A program made the position numbers and the translations under genes. The notes below the pieces were generated by a model. That model saw only the letters and a program-made list of their open reading frames with translations. It did not search any database and was not told the origin of the DNA. From Candidatus Peregrinibacteria bacterium (GTDB taxonomy: Bacteria > Patescibacteriota > Gracilibacteria > UBA1369 > GCA-2718715), in the NCBI GenBank assembly GCA_014240275.1, contig JAAZXH010000004.1, positions 11,342 through 75,341 of the forward strand: a stretch of 64,000 nt of DNA, given 5' to 3'. Shown here piece after piece: positions 16,657-26,018 of the stretch. Within the stretch, counting starts at the first letter, position 1, and every line of letters begins with the position of its first letter.

Positions 16657-17532
16657 ATGGTAAGAGAAAAAAGAAATCTAGAAAGTCAAAATAATGAAAC
16701 GGGTTCGCAGGACGTTAAAAGTACATCTTTAGCTAAGAGCGAAGAGCAAAAATCAAACCCTGAAACACAAAATCAACAATCGGCTTTAAATGAGGTTGAA
16801 AGTGCTACACCAGACCAATTGATAAAAATTGCACGTGTGAGTTTGAGTGACCCCAAGTATCGTGGTCTGTCTTATGAAGTTCAATCTTTAAGTAAAGATG
16901 GAAGGGAAGTAGATTTGTTAGATCCAGAAACTGGAAAGACTTTTACTCAGCCAGTTAAAAATATTACCGGTATAGAATATGATCCTACTTTATTACCTTT
17001 GAATCAAGAAGTTACCAAAAGATCTGAAATAAGCGAAGAGCAACTTGAAAAGAATCAACAAGGTAGGATACGCGTTCCAGGCCAATATGTTTGTTGTGGA
17101 GATAGTGTAGCAGTTGGTCAGAACATGTGTGCAGGTTCACCTAAAGACGTTCTTAGTTTTGGTGGGTGGGGAACTCTACCGATTTTGAAGCGTTTAAAAA
17201 AATATACTTTCGAGCCCGGAGCAAAAGTGCCTGTATTGTGTGGTTTTAATGATTGCCATAAAGGTTTTAAGGGCACCGCAGATAATATTATTGCGATGTG
17301 TGAGTATATTCGCTCGCAAGGAGCTGTTCCGGTTTGTTGTATTCCACATGATGTGCTTGGGAATAAAAATATAGCTAGAGTTAATGATAAATTTTTAGCA
17401 ATGAAAGATGAGTTAAGGGTAGAAGCTAAGCGTAGAGGCATTAAAGTTGCGGATTTTAGTGATATTCGTGCTCGATTACATCCGCCTTTTAAAACTCACC
17501 GTGTATTTAGAAATAGAATAGAAGCTGCTTAA
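16657..17532 (+). CDS. SGNH/GDSL-like hydrolase with low-complexity N-terminal region (tentative)
   Basis: 291 aa. The C-terminal half has a block I-like 'CCGDSVAVGQ', a block III-like 'LCGFNDC' and a terminal 'D..IRARLHP'. The N-terminal ~50 aa are polar and low in complexity. Confidence 0.45.
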   Translation: MVREKRNLESQNNETGSQDVKSTSLAKSEEQKSNPETQNQQSALNEVESATPDQLIKIARVSLSDPKYRGLSYEVQSLSKDGREVDLLDPETGKTFTQPVKNITGIEYDPTLLPLNQEVTKRSEISEEQLEKNQQGRIRVPGQYVCCGDSVAVGQNMCAGSPKDVLSFGGWGTLPILKRLKKYTFEPGAKVPVLCGFNDCHKGFKGTADNIIAMCEYIRSQGAVPVCCIPHDVLGNKNIARVNDKFLAMKDELRVEAKRRGIKVADFSDIRARLHPPFKTHRVFRNRIEAA

Positions 17533-17541
17533 TTTAAACAT

Positions 17542-18012
17542 ATGAAACTAAATGTAGTAACAGGCCAGGACACACCAATTTTAAGAATTGTTTGTGATAA
17601 AGTTGAAAACTTTGATAAAGATTTAAAAAAGTTGGCTAAAGACATGATAGAAACTATGCATGCAACAAATGGAATTGGTATTGCGGCTCCTCAGGTTGGT
17701 GTAAATGCTAGAATTTTTATTTCTGCTATTAATTCCGATACTAGAAAGCCAAAGGAGTTGGTGTGTGTGAATCCTGAAGTGTTGTATCGAAGTCCGGAGC
17801 AAGTGGTTGCTGAGGAAGGTTGTTTAAGTTTGCCCCAAAAATTTGGTAACGTTAAACGAGCCAGTGAAATTTTTGTACGCTTTTATGACTTGAAAGGGAA
17901 AGAGCAAAACTTACGTTTAATTGGTATGGATGCGCGCGTGTTTCTCCATGAGCTCGATCATCTAAATGGAGTTCTTTTTATTGATAAGTTAGAAAAATTT
18001 AAGATTTTTTAA
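17542..18012 (+). CDS. def: peptide deformylase
   Basis: 156 aa carrying all three signature motifs: 'GIGIAAPQVG', 'EGCLS' and 'HELDHLNG'. Confidence 0.93.
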   Translation: MKLNVVTGQDTPILRIVCDKVENFDKDLKKLAKDMIETMHATNGIGIAAPQVGVNARIFISAINSDTRKPKELVCVNPEVLYRSPEQVVAEEGCLSLPQKFGNVKRASEIFVRFYDLKGKEQNLRLIGMDARVFLHELDHLNGVLFIDKLEKFKIF

Positions 18013-18864
18013 AAGTTTACGAATTTTCATTAAAATAAATATTGGCCAATTATAAATTTTAATTTGGCCTTTTTGAAAATAAATTATATCTCCTCCAAAT
18101 TTGCGTTTAAATTCGCTGACCCCTTGGAGTTTGTTGCTTTTGTCTAGTGGGTTTTGTACTCCTAAAAAGTCGTAAAACTCTAGCTGGTTATGTTTGGCAT
18201 CCAAGATTGCTTCCCATTGGAGTGCATAAGGGGCCATTAGTTTGCGAAATTTGTGATCTGAGGCTCCGTAAAGATAAAAGCGGGTGTTTTTACCGTCTAG
18301 AGCAATGAGGCCGGCTATGGGCTTTTTTTCATGGTAGGCTAGGTAGAGAGTGGCGTTTTGTAAATTTTTAAAAACTTTTTCTAAATATTTTAGGCTGTGG
18401 ATTGCAAATTCGTCTCGTTGGCTTGTTTGTTGCCAAAGCTGGTAGAAGGTTTTGAGGTCTTGTGATTTTTTAACTGTGATTTGATTTTTTTTTGCGACCT
18501 TGATGTTATAGCGACCTTTTGGATGCATGGCTTTCAGCAGTTCTTCTTGGCTTTGGTTGAGGTTTAGAATGCGGGTTGCTCTTGGGTTAATTTCTTTAAA
18601 GCACGGTGTGGCTGGTTTTTTTTGTGCTATAGAGGCTTCGCTCAGACTATATAGTAAGTGCTTAGCTTTAAGTTGGCCCGCCTTTAAGATGGCACTCAGG
18701 CTTGTAGAATGAATTGTTTGTGGGCTGTAGAGCATGTAAAAATTTTTGAAAATTTTAAACACATAAAATTTTTGTTTTTTGTATTCAAAAACATTGAGTA
18801 GTTGTTGGCTTTTTTGTTGGGCGTGAAAATAGTTTTGGCAACTATAAATGGATTCGTAGATCAA
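17989..18864 (-). CDS. FemAB-family peptidoglycan interpeptide-bridge aminoacyltransferase
   Basis: 291 aa with 'HPKGRYNIKVAKKN', 'RFYLYGASD' and 'KRKFGG'. The annotated start is TTG and overlaps the ftsZ terminator. The protein is shorter than typical family members. Its 3' end overlaps def by 24 nt. Confidence 0.7.
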   Translation of the reverse strand: MIYESIYSCQNYFHAQQKSQQLLNVFEYKKQKFYVFKIFKNFYMLYSPQTIHSTSLSAILKAGQLKAKHLLYSLSEASIAQKKPATPCFKEINPRATRILNLNQSQEELLKAMHPKGRYNIKVAKKNQITVKKSQDLKTFYQLWQQTSQRDEFAIHSLKYLEKVFKNLQNATLYLAYHEKKPIAGLIALDGKNTRFYLYGASDHKFRKLMAPYALQWEAILDAKHNQLEFYDFLGVQNPLDKSNKLQGVSEFKRKFGGDIIYFQKGQIKIYNWPIFILMKIRKLLKNLKFF

Positions 18865-18900
18865 AAAAACTAGCTAAATTGTTTATATTCTAGCTAGTTT
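18863..18900 (-). terminator. rho-independent terminator after ftsZ
   Basis: The minus strand reads AAACTAGCTA-(14 nt loop)-TAGCTAGTTT followed by a T-run, forming a 10-bp perfect stem. Confidence 0.6.
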
Positions 18901-18927
18901 TGTGTAGAAAGGCAAAGATTTTCACGT

Positions 18928-20142
18928 TTATTTACCTAAACGTTTTCTTATGAAGGCGGGGATATCTAATTCGTTTTCGGTTTCAGTTTGTAGTCCTTGA
19001 GGCGCTTGTTGAGCGTGGCTAACGTGTGACTCTGGTCGGTTTTGTTCTGGAGCTTGATTGTTGAGTTGGTTGGCTTGGAAACCTCTTTCTTTAAGTTTTT
19101 TCTTTTTAGCTGCTTCGTCGAATCCAGTAGCCACTACCGTGATTTTTACTTCTCCAGTGTAGCTTTCGTTGATAACAGAACCAAAAATGATTGTGGCGTC
19201 TGGGTCAGCGGCTTCGGTAATGATGCGGGCGGCTTCGTCTACTTCAAACATAGAAAGGTCAGATCCACCTGTGATGTTGAATAAGATTCCTTTGGCTCCT
19301 TCGATATCCACTTCAAGAAGAGGGCTAGAGATAGCGGCGCGGGCGGCTTCGGAGGCACGGTCTTCGCCAGTGCCGTAACCAATACCCATAAGGGCAGAAC
19401 CAGCGTTTTCCATTACCGTTTTAACGTCGGCGAAGTCCACATTGATCATACCGTGAATAGTAATTAAGTCTGAAATACCTTGGACGCCTTGGCATAGTAC
19501 GTCGTCTACCACCATGAAGGCTTCAGTTAGGGGGGTTTTTTTGTCTATAATATCTTTAATTCTGTCGTTTGGAATAACAATTAGGGTGTCTACTTTTTGC
19601 TTGAAAGCTTGTAATCCTTCGTCAGCTTGGTTTTTACGGCGAGGCCCTTCGAAGGTAAAAGGTCTAGTAACTACGCCAACCGTTAGTATGCCCATTTCTT
19701 TTGCTATGTCTGCGATAATTGGAGCTGCTCCTGTTCCTGTTCCACCTCCAAGTCCGCAGGTGATAAAGACCATATCAGCTCCGTCGAGTAGTTGTTTGAT
19801 GTCTTCGGTAGATTCTTCGGCAGCTGATTTACCAACGCTTGGGTCTGAGCCTGCTCCGAGTCCGCGCGTGGTAACTTTACCGATATTGATTTTGTTGGCA
19901 GCTTCGTTGTGGTAAAGAGCTTGGGCGTCAGTGTTTACAGCGATAAATTCTACTCCTTTGAGACTAGAGCGTATCATGCGATTGATGGCGTTGGATCCAC
20001 CTCCTCCTACACCAATAACTTTGATGTTGGCGATTGGATTGATTTGATCATCAATCACTTTTTTAGAATTTTGAGTTTTGGATTTCCCACCGGAGAAAAG
20101 CTGTTTGAGTCTTTCTTCTGTGTGGTTGTCTTTTGTTGTCAT
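18928..20142 (-). CDS. ftsZ: cell division GTPase FtsZ
   Basis: 404 aa with '[15 protein letters not shown]' and the tubulin signature '[13 protein letters not shown]'. The C-terminal tail ends '[10 protein letters not shown]'. Confidence 0.97.
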   Translation of the reverse strand: MTTKDNHTEERLKQLFSGGKSKTQNSKKVIDDQINPIANIKVIGVGGGGSNAINRMIRSSLKGVEFIAVNTDAQALYHNEAANKINIGKVTTRGLGAGSDPSVGKSAAEESTEDIKQLLDGADMVFITCGLGGGTGTGAAPIIADIAKEMGILTVGVVTRPFTFEGPRRKNQADEGLQAFKQKVDTLIVIPNDRIKDIIDKKTPLTEAFMVVDDVLCQGVQGISDLITIHGMINVDFADVKTVMENAGSALMGIGYGTGEDRASEAARAAISSPLLEVDIEGAKGILFNITGGSDLSMFEVDEAARIITEAADPDATIIFGSVINESYTGEVKITVVATGFDEAAKKKKLKERGFQANQLNNQAPEQNRPESHVSHAQQAPQGLQTETENELDIPAFIRKRLGK

Positions 20143-20167
20143 TCGATTTTAAGATTTAAATGTTTGA

Positions 20168-21412
20168 TTATGGCATTAGGTTTTTGAGCCAACCCTTTAC
20201 TGAACCGATGGTTTTTTGCCAGTCGAGGTTTGGAACACCAATTTTGAAGTTCATATCGGATGTGGCAAATCTGGAACCCCATACTACAAGTCCTAGGGCT
20301 GTTGAGTAACCTGGGTCATCAACTTTTTCTACTAAACCTTCGAAACTTCTTGGGAATCCAATTTGAACTGGAAGTTTGAGGGTTTCGCGAGCTAGTTCTA
20401 GTAAGTGTGGAATTTTGGCACTACCACCGGTGATAATTATCCCGGCTGGTAACATTCCGTCTCTTTCGCATTTAATAAGTTCTTCTTGCACCATTTGTAA
20501 TATTTCTTGGTATCTGGCGTGGACGATTTCGCAAAGAGTTTTACGAGATACTTGGTGCATGTCCATTTTTGAAATTAAGGAAAGATCTATCATTTCTTTT
20601 GAGTCAATCGAGTTTGGGTTGCAGTTTGCGTATTCTAGTTTGATTCTTTCTGCTGCATCAATTGAACATTTGAGTCCGATGGCTATGTCGTTGGTTACGT
20701 TTTCACCTCCGAGTGGTACCATGTTGGTGTGTAGAATTGTTCCTTCTTCGTATACAGAAACTCCTGTGGTTCCGTGTCCAATATCTACGACTGCTACACC
20801 GAGTTCCTTTTGTCTTTTTGACAGCACTCCGTCTCCGGCCGCTAAGTTGTTTGGAATCATATCTTCAATATCTATGCCGCTGTTGATTACACATTTTTCT
20901 AGGTTGCGAATGCACGGAGCTAATCCTGTTACAATGTGAGCGTCTACTTCTAGGCGAATACCTGTCATACCGACTGGGTATTTGATGCCGGTTTGGTCAT
21001 CTACGGAAAATGATTGTGGTATAATTCTGAGAATTTTGCGGTTTGGAGGAATGTTCATTGCTTGAGCTGCTTCGAGTGAGCGGTCGATGTCGTCTTCTTG
21101 AATTTCTCCTACTGGGTTAGAAATAGCAACTACACCTTTGGAGTTGATAGCATTTAAGTGATGTCCGCCAATTCCTAAAAATACGGAGTGAATTGGTTCT
21201 CCGGATATTCTCTCGGCTTCTTCTAGAGATTTAGAAATAGAATTAATTGCCTCTTCTACGTCTATAACTAGGCCCTTTCTAAAACCTGAGGCTTCGTGAG
21301 TACCCACTCCTATAATGGATGGAGTCTTTGAGTTTTCGTCGATACTTGCAACTACTGTGCGGATCTCAGAGCTACCTACATCTAAACCGACTATAATACG
21401 GTGTGCATTCAT
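20168..21412 (-). CDS. ftsA: cell division protein FtsA (actin-like ATPase)
   Basis: 414 aa with 'VGLDVGSSEIR', 'VVDIGHGTT' and 'IITGGSAKIP'. It lies immediately upstream of ftsZ. Confidence 0.93.
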   Translation of the reverse strand: MNAHRIIVGLDVGSSEIRTVVASIDENSKTPSIIGVGTHEASGFRKGLVIDVEEAINSISKSLEEAERISGEPIHSVFLGIGGHHLNAINSKGVVAISNPVGEIQEDDIDRSLEAAQAMNIPPNRKILRIIPQSFSVDDQTGIKYPVGMTGIRLEVDAHIVTGLAPCIRNLEKCVINSGIDIEDMIPNNLAAGDGVLSKRQKELGVAVVDIGHGTTGVSVYEEGTILHTNMVPLGGENVTNDIAIGLKCSIDAAERIKLEYANCNPNSIDSKEMIDLSLISKMDMHQVSRKTLCEIVHARYQEILQMVQEELIKCERDGMLPAGIIITGGSAKIPHLLELARETLKLPVQIGFPRSFEGLVEKVDDPGYSTALGLVVWGSRFATSDMNFKIGVPNLDWQKTIGSVKGWLKNLMP

Positions 21413-21577
21413 ATATGTGCTTTTACAATTAATTATAATTTAACTAAAGAATGCTTTTTTGACAAACTTTTTTATTCAATTACACAAGTATTTATAATTC
21501 TTGCATATAATTTGTGTTCACCTGGGGTGACTTCTAAAAGCCTTCTTGTCGAAAGGAGAGGGTTTTTTTAGAACCAT

Positions 21578-21605
21578 AAAAACCCATTGACATCCATGGG
21601 TTTTT
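21578..21605 (-). terminator. hairpin terminator downstream of the 594-aa ORF
   Basis: AAAAACCCAT-(8 nt)-ATGGGTTTTT, a 10-bp perfect stem that includes its own T-run on either strand. Confidence 0.5.
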
Positions 21606-21654
21606 GTTAGTCTACTTTTGTTTGCGTAATTGCTGAAAGTGCTTTGCGTTAATT

Positions 21655-23439
21655 TTAATTGGAAATGTGTTTTCTATATTTTCGTGTTATATGGCAGCGT
21701 GGTATTAAAAGGTGTTTTCCCGCCTTGATGTTTTTAGAACTGTTTGCAATCGCTTTCGCATATTTTTCTGCGATGTCTCGAGGCCAGTGTTTTGGGTTTT
21801 TAACAACCTGATCATACTGTTGATCGTTGATTTTATTGACATTGAAGATTACCAGCTCTTTGTCTCGGTATGCTTGTTTAAAACTGCTATTTGTTATATT
21901 AATAGTTTTGCCAATTTTTTGTTTGTATTTTAAACATGTGTTGAGCTCAGGTGTTACCTTGACTTTCATACGCCGTGGTTTGGTAAACGGTAAAGATTTT
22001 TGAACGACTTTTTCAAGTTGTGATAGATTTTCCTTTTGTGATGGTTTTTTGACTTCTTCGAAGAGTTTTTTAATGCTAGGTTTCTTTTTTGGAGTTTTTT
22101 TATAGTCGAAGAGTTCTTCTTTCGTGATTTTCTTTTTTGTGGGTTTTTCTTTGGCTTCTTGAGCATGTTCTTCTTTGATTTTTTCTTTAAGTTTGTTGGT
22201 TTTTTGTTTAGTTGTTGTTTTAATTTTTGATATTTCTGTAAGTTTTGATTGAGTATTGTTTTTAGATTCTTTGATTTTATTCTGTATTAGTATTAGTTCA
22301 TTTTTTAAGTTATCTATTAGTTTTTGTCTGGAATTTTTGGATAAGTTAGAATCATTATTTTTTAGAGTGTTGATGTTTTTTTGAACTTGTTCTGCTTTTT
22401 CTTGAAGTTTTGTTAGTTTATTTGATCTTAAGGCTGGTTTATTTGATCTTAAGGCTGTTTGATAGGCTAGAGTTGTTAAGGTGTATTTCACTGCGTTACT
22501 CGATATTATGTTTTTTTTGCGGAGCATTGTTAGTAAGTCAATTAGTGGGTTGGTAGAGTTTTTTAAGCTATTTTGTGATTTAATTAATTCTGCTGCTGAT
22601 TTTTTTGCGATAGAGGCACCAGATTTATAACCAATTAATAAGATGCACTTACGAAGTAGTTTACCTTGTTTAGTTTGGTCTGAAACCGGCGATGTTTGGA
22701 AGTGCTTACGACAGCTGTCTATGATTCTTTGAAGTTGGAGTGATGCGAGTACTGGAATGTGCTCTGGGTTGGTGGGATTGAGTGTCCTCATTTTTTTGAG
22801 TTCTTTTGCGCGATTTTTTTTGGTTAGTTCACAGCTTTCTGAACCATTGATGATAGTAAAGTATCTGTTTCCATATGTGGTTAGAACTTTTTGACGTCCT
22901 TCTTTTGCAATTAAATGATAGAGGTTGTATTGTCTGTTTTCTTTCTGATCTTCACTAAGAGTTATGTTTTTTAGGTCTCGCATGAAAGATTGTCGAAATT
23001 GAAAGGGCCCACTTTCTTTTCTGTCTTTTAAAGTCTTTTTAGATAAGCCTTTGATGTTAAAGGTTCCATAAGTGCTTTCTAATGGGCAAATTCCGTTAAC
23101 AAAGAGATTACTAATCTCTTGTAATTCTTGGTCAGAACAATATTTTTTGGCTTCTGACAGTTTGAAGTAGTGCAAGAGAGTTTTTTCTAAGTTGGGGTTT
23201 TCTTTTAAGAACCGTTGTTTTAATTTTGCCATTTTTTTAAGGTTGCCTGCGGTATTGATGCTTGCAACCGTGGTGTCGTAAATTTTAACGCTTTGGTTTG
23301 CTATTAATAGTTTAGCAATTGTTTTTTTGTGTTTTGGAAAATCTACTCCTGGTTTTATTCCGTTTGATGGTGTTTGACTAAGTTTATATAAAAACTTGCT
23401 TGTTTTAGCTTCTAGAAACTCTTTGAACCTAATTAACAT
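21655..23439 (-). CDS. hypothetical Lys-rich, probably coiled-coil protein
   Basis: 594-aa ORF that is very Lys/Asn/Gln-rich, especially residues ~330-470. I see no obvious TM segment or known motif. It sits upstream of ftsA, separated by a 242-nt spacer with a hairpin. Confidence 0.6.
   Translation of the reverse strand: MLIRFKEFLEAKTSKFLYKLSQTPSNGIKPGVDFPKHKKTIAKLLIANQSVKIYDTTVASINTAGNLKKMAKLKQRFLKENPNLEKTLLHYFKLSEAKKYCSDQELQEISNLFVNGICPLESTYGTFNIKGLSKKTLKDRKESGPFQFRQSFMRDLKNITLSEDQKENRQYNLYHLIAKEGRQKVLTTYGNRYFTIINGSESCELTKKNRAKELKKMRTLNPTNPEHIPVLASLQLQRIIDSCRKHFQTSPVSDQTKQGKLLRKCILLIGYKSGASIAKKSAAELIKSQNSLKNSTNPLIDLLTMLRKKNIISSNAVKYTLTTLAYQTALRSNKPALRSNKLTKLQEKAEQVQKNINTLKNNDSNLSKNSRQKLIDNLKNELILIQNKIKESKNNTQSKLTEISKIKTTTKQKTNKLKEKIKEEHAQEAKEKPTKKKITKEELFDYKKTPKKKPSIKKLFEEVKKPSQKENLSQLEKVVQKSLPFTKPRRMKVKVTPELNTCLKYKQKIGKTINITNSSFKQAYRDKELVIFNVNKINDQQYDQVVKNPKHWPRDIAEKYAKAIANSSKNIKAGKHLLIPRCHITRKYRKHISN
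22416..22457. repeat. perfect 21-bp tandem duplication inside the 594-aa ORF
   Basis: GTTTATTTGATCTTAAGGCTG occurs twice back to back and encodes ALRSNKP-ALRSNK. Confidence 0.9.
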
Positions 23440-23480
23440 GTATGGGGAATTAATCTTATAATTCTACCATAAATTATGCT

Positions 23481-24380
23481 TTAAGTAAACAGAGAGCTTT
23501 GTTTGGAGAGGTTTGGCATTATGACTTTAAGGGTCTTGAGTTTTTTGAAGATGGTTTTGAATTCTAGATTTTCGAATGCTTCCTGGAGTTTTTCATATTG
23601 AATGTGGTTGTTTTGAAACTCTTCTAGGGGAGGACAGTTGTTGATTTTGTGGTTTAGGGTAGCTAGGCGTTTGCACATCAGGGCGGTATCTTTGTCTTGA
23701 ATAAATTTTTCTTGCATTTTGGGTTTAAGGTCATTGAGGTTTTCGTAGATTGCCTCTAGGGATCCGTATTGATTTAGAAGCTTAGTGGCGGTTTTGTCGC
23801 CGACTCCGTGGACGCCTTTGAGGTTGTCGGAACTGTCTCCGCGAATGCCTTTGTAGTCTATAATTTGAGTTGGGGTGAGTTGGTATTTTTCATAAATTTT
23901 TTCGGGTGTGAAGTAGGTGTCTACAATTTTGGAATTACCAGGTTTGATAATGGTAGTATTTTGATCTGCTAGTTGCAGTAAGTCTAGGTCTGAGGAGTAG
24001 ACGTATACTTGGTCGCTAGCTGTTTTTTGAGCGTTGAGGCAGGCGATTAGGTCGTCGGCTTCGTCTCCTGGGCTTTCTGTTATGTTTAAGCCGTTTTTCA
24101 GGATTTCTTTAATAAGCCTGATTTGTTCGTAAAGATCATCTGGTGCTTTGCTTCGGTTAGCTTTATATTCTGGATATTCGATTTTGCGATGGGTTGGTTC
24201 TGGTCGATCAAAACAAAGGGCAAAATGGCTGGGCTTGTGGTTAATAAGTTCTTTGAACAGTATATTAAAAAAACCTAAAATACCTCCTACGGCCTGGCCT
24301 TTGGAGTTCTCTAGGTTACGTAGAGCATAGTATCCTCTATATACCATGCCGGTGCCATCAAATAGGAGAATTTTACGCAT
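23481..24380 (-). CDS. stand-alone 5'-3' exonuclease (FEN / Pol I N-terminal domain family)
   Basis: 299 aa with 'LLFDGTGMVYRGYYA', 'GDEADDLIA' and the H3TH motif 'GVHGVGDKTATKLL'. No polymerase domain follows. Confidence 0.88.
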   Translation of the reverse strand: MRKILLFDGTGMVYRGYYALRNLENSKGQAVGGILGFFNILFKELINHKPSHFALCFDRPEPTHRKIEYPEYKANRSKAPDDLYEQIRLIKEILKNGLNITESPGDEADDLIACLNAQKTASDQVYVYSSDLDLLQLADQNTTIIKPGNSKIVDTYFTPEKIYEKYQLTPTQIIDYKGIRGDSSDNLKGVHGVGDKTATKLLNQYGSLEAIYENLNDLKPKMQEKFIQDKDTALMCKRLATLNHKINNCPPLEEFQNNHIQYEKLQEAFENLEFKTIFKKLKTLKVIMPNLSKQSSLFT

Positions 24381-24475
24381 ATAAATTGATTATGTGTATG
24401 CATTCTACCGGAAATCTTTAAGAGACTAAAGCTTTATACTTTTTATTCTTGGTAAAATGTGATATAATTTATTAA

Positions 24476-24874
24476 TTGTTTAAATTAATGAAATTGAAGA
24501 AACTGAAAATTTTTGTAAATGGAACCGCAAGTGCCTTATTAAATAATTTTATTGCTGACCAAGGTTTGGTATTGGTAGAGAGTATTTTGGAGGCAGACTT
24601 AGTGGTGAATTTAGAATCTTCTTTTATAGATGACTCTAAGTTTTTGCGTGCTTTAGCTGGAAAGGTGCTAGTTTCAAAGTTGGATTTTGAGTTTTTGGGC
24701 GCTAAACCATTTGATATCATTTCGGAAACGGGGGAGTATATTACTTATGATGACAGTGAGTTTGGTTTAATTGTAGCTATAGTTAAAGCTCGTGATTTTT
24801 ATGAGTTTGATCATGATTGGAGAACGATGGTGAATAATTTATTATCTTTTTTAGACGAAAAGGGCTTAGTTTAG
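24476..24874 (+). CDS. hypothetical protein
   Basis: 132-aa acidic ORF with no recognisable motif. Its 3' end overlaps the convergent pilin-like gene by 9 nt. Confidence 0.45.
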   Translation: MFKLMKLKKLKIFVNGTASALLNNFIADQGLVLVESILEADLVVNLESSFIDDSKFLRALAGKVLVSKLDFEFLGAKPFDIISETGEYITYDDSEFGLIVAIVKARDFYEFDHDWRTMVNNLLSFLDEKGLV

Positions 24875-25249
24875 GCTACGAGGACCACCACCACCGCCAG
24901 ATACACTTGAACCTATGGATTTTATTAGATCTAAAATTTCAGTAAAGCGAATATATTCAATGGTGTTGATTCCGATGATTTGCCCAACCGCGTTAACTAT
25001 AATTACTGCCAAAACCGTTACAATTAGACCGATAATAGCGTAGCGAATGGTGTCTACTGCGCTGGTGATTTTTTCACTTTCGCCACCTGATAGTATAAAT
25101 GAAATTCCTCCTACGAAAATAAACACTACCGAAAGTAAACCGGCTGCGAGTATTGCAAAGGCAATGCCTTTGTTGATTAAGTCTATGAGGGTCAGGTTTT
25201 CTGCATTATCTAGCAGGCTACCTTTTGCTACGTTTAAAATATGAAACAT
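24866..25249 (-). CDS. TrbC/VirB2-like (T4SS-pilin-like) small membrane protein
   Basis: 127 aa with two hydrophobic helices around 'VGGISFILSGGESEKITSAVDTIRYAIIGLIVTVLAVIIVNAV'. This matches the GG..y.tSgG....i..Ak..i.yAiiGL pattern of small pilin-like proteins common in CPR genomes. The tail ends in a GGGGG run. Confidence 0.55.
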   Translation of the reverse strand: MFHILNVAKGSLLDNAENLTLIDLINKGIAFAILAAGLLSVVFIFVGGISFILSGGESEKITSAVDTIRYAIIGLIVTVLAVIIVNAVGQIIGINTIEYIRFTEILDLIKSIGSSVSGGGGGPRSLN

Positions 25250-25264
25250 GATGTGTGAGGAATT

Positions 25265-25296
25265 AAAAAACTCATCAGTACGTGCCTGATGAGTTT
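25265..25296 (-). terminator. rho-independent terminator after the KH-domain gene
   Basis: The minus strand reads AAACTCATCAG-(7 nt)-CTGATGAGTTT followed by TTTTTT, forming an 11-bp perfect stem. Confidence 0.65.
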
Positions 25297-25321
25297 ACCA
25301 CAAAGACTATGTGTATGCAAA

Positions 25322-25627
25322 TTAGATATCTAATTCGTCTTCAATTGATCCACCTGGTAAGGAAACTTCGCTACCATCTGGTTCTAAAATTTTAAGATTT
25401 ACTCTTTCTTCGTTTTTAGATCCAATTAAACGTAGTAAAACGCGCATAGCTTTCGCTGTTTGTCCGTTTTTACCAATGATTTTACCCATATCTTCTTTGT
25501 TGACTTTAAGAGTGATAAGTACTCCTAGATCGTCAATAACTCTATCGATTACTACTTCGTCTGGGTTGTCTACGATAGATTTAACTATAAATTCGATAAA
25601 ATCTCTATCTTTATGTGCATTAGTCAT
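25322..25627 (-). CDS. KH-domain RNA-binding protein (YlqC/UPF0109-like)
   Basis: 101 aa with 'GKIIGKNGQTAKAMRVLL'. It lies directly downstream of rpsP, as in many bacteria. Confidence 0.85.
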   Translation of the reverse strand: MTNAHKDRDFIEFIVKSIVDNPDEVVIDRVIDDLGVLITLKVNKEDMGKIIGKNGQTAKAMRVLLRLIGSKNEERVNLKILEPDGSEVSLPGGSIEDELDI

Positions 25628-25652
25628 ATAATTTTCGTTAATTTATGTTTTT

Positions 25653-25958
25653 TTAACTTTCTTGGTCCTCTTTTTTCTTTTTAAGTTGACGCTTACCTTT
25701 AGACATGTATTTTTCCATGTCTTTAGCACCAAGGCTTTTGCATAAAGATGCAACAGTTTCACTTGGTTTGGCACCTTGAGAAATCCAATGTTGAACTCTT
25801 TCAAGGTTAACTTCTAAAACTTTTGGGTTTTGAGTTGGCAAGTAATGACCAACTGATTCGATAAACTTTTTTTTCACTGCGCGCGCTTTTTCAGCAACTA
25901 CTACACGGTATGCAGGTAGGTTGCGGCGGCCAGTTCGTTGTAATCTTATAACTAACAA
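25653..25958 (-). CDS. rpsP: 30S ribosomal protein S16
   Basis: 101 aa with the N-terminus 'MLVIRLQRTGRRNLPAYRVVVAE', plus a basic C-terminal extension. Confidence 0.95.
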   Translation of the reverse strand: MLVIRLQRTGRRNLPAYRVVVAEKARAVKKKFIESVGHYLPTQNPKVLEVNLERVQHWISQGAKPSETVASLCKSLGAKDMEKYMSKGKRQLKKKKEDQES

Positions 25959-26018
25959 TTTAGTCGCGGTTAAATAATAGTTTGTGGCTAATAGATAATA
26001 GCGAAAAAATACTGCTTG

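Noticed and set aside
20376-20939. 187-aa ORF antisense to ftsA. Similar shadow ORFs lie inside mfd (3470-3853, 4202-4570, 4769-5026, 5111-5299), the flippase gene (11679-11885, 12027-12236, 12396-12872), ftsZ (19042-20187), the aconitase-family gene (13418-14873) and others
   Set aside because: Each lies entirely within a strongly supported gene on the other strand and has no recognisable motif. They are treated as non-coding.
24391-25319. 12-mer TATGTGTATGCA present twice (24391-24402 and 25308-25319), each upstream of a minus-strand gene start
   Set aside because: There are only two copies, at very different distances from the start codons (about 10 and 60 nt). I saw no further copies, so chance or a fragment of -10-like sequence is as likely as a regulatory motif.
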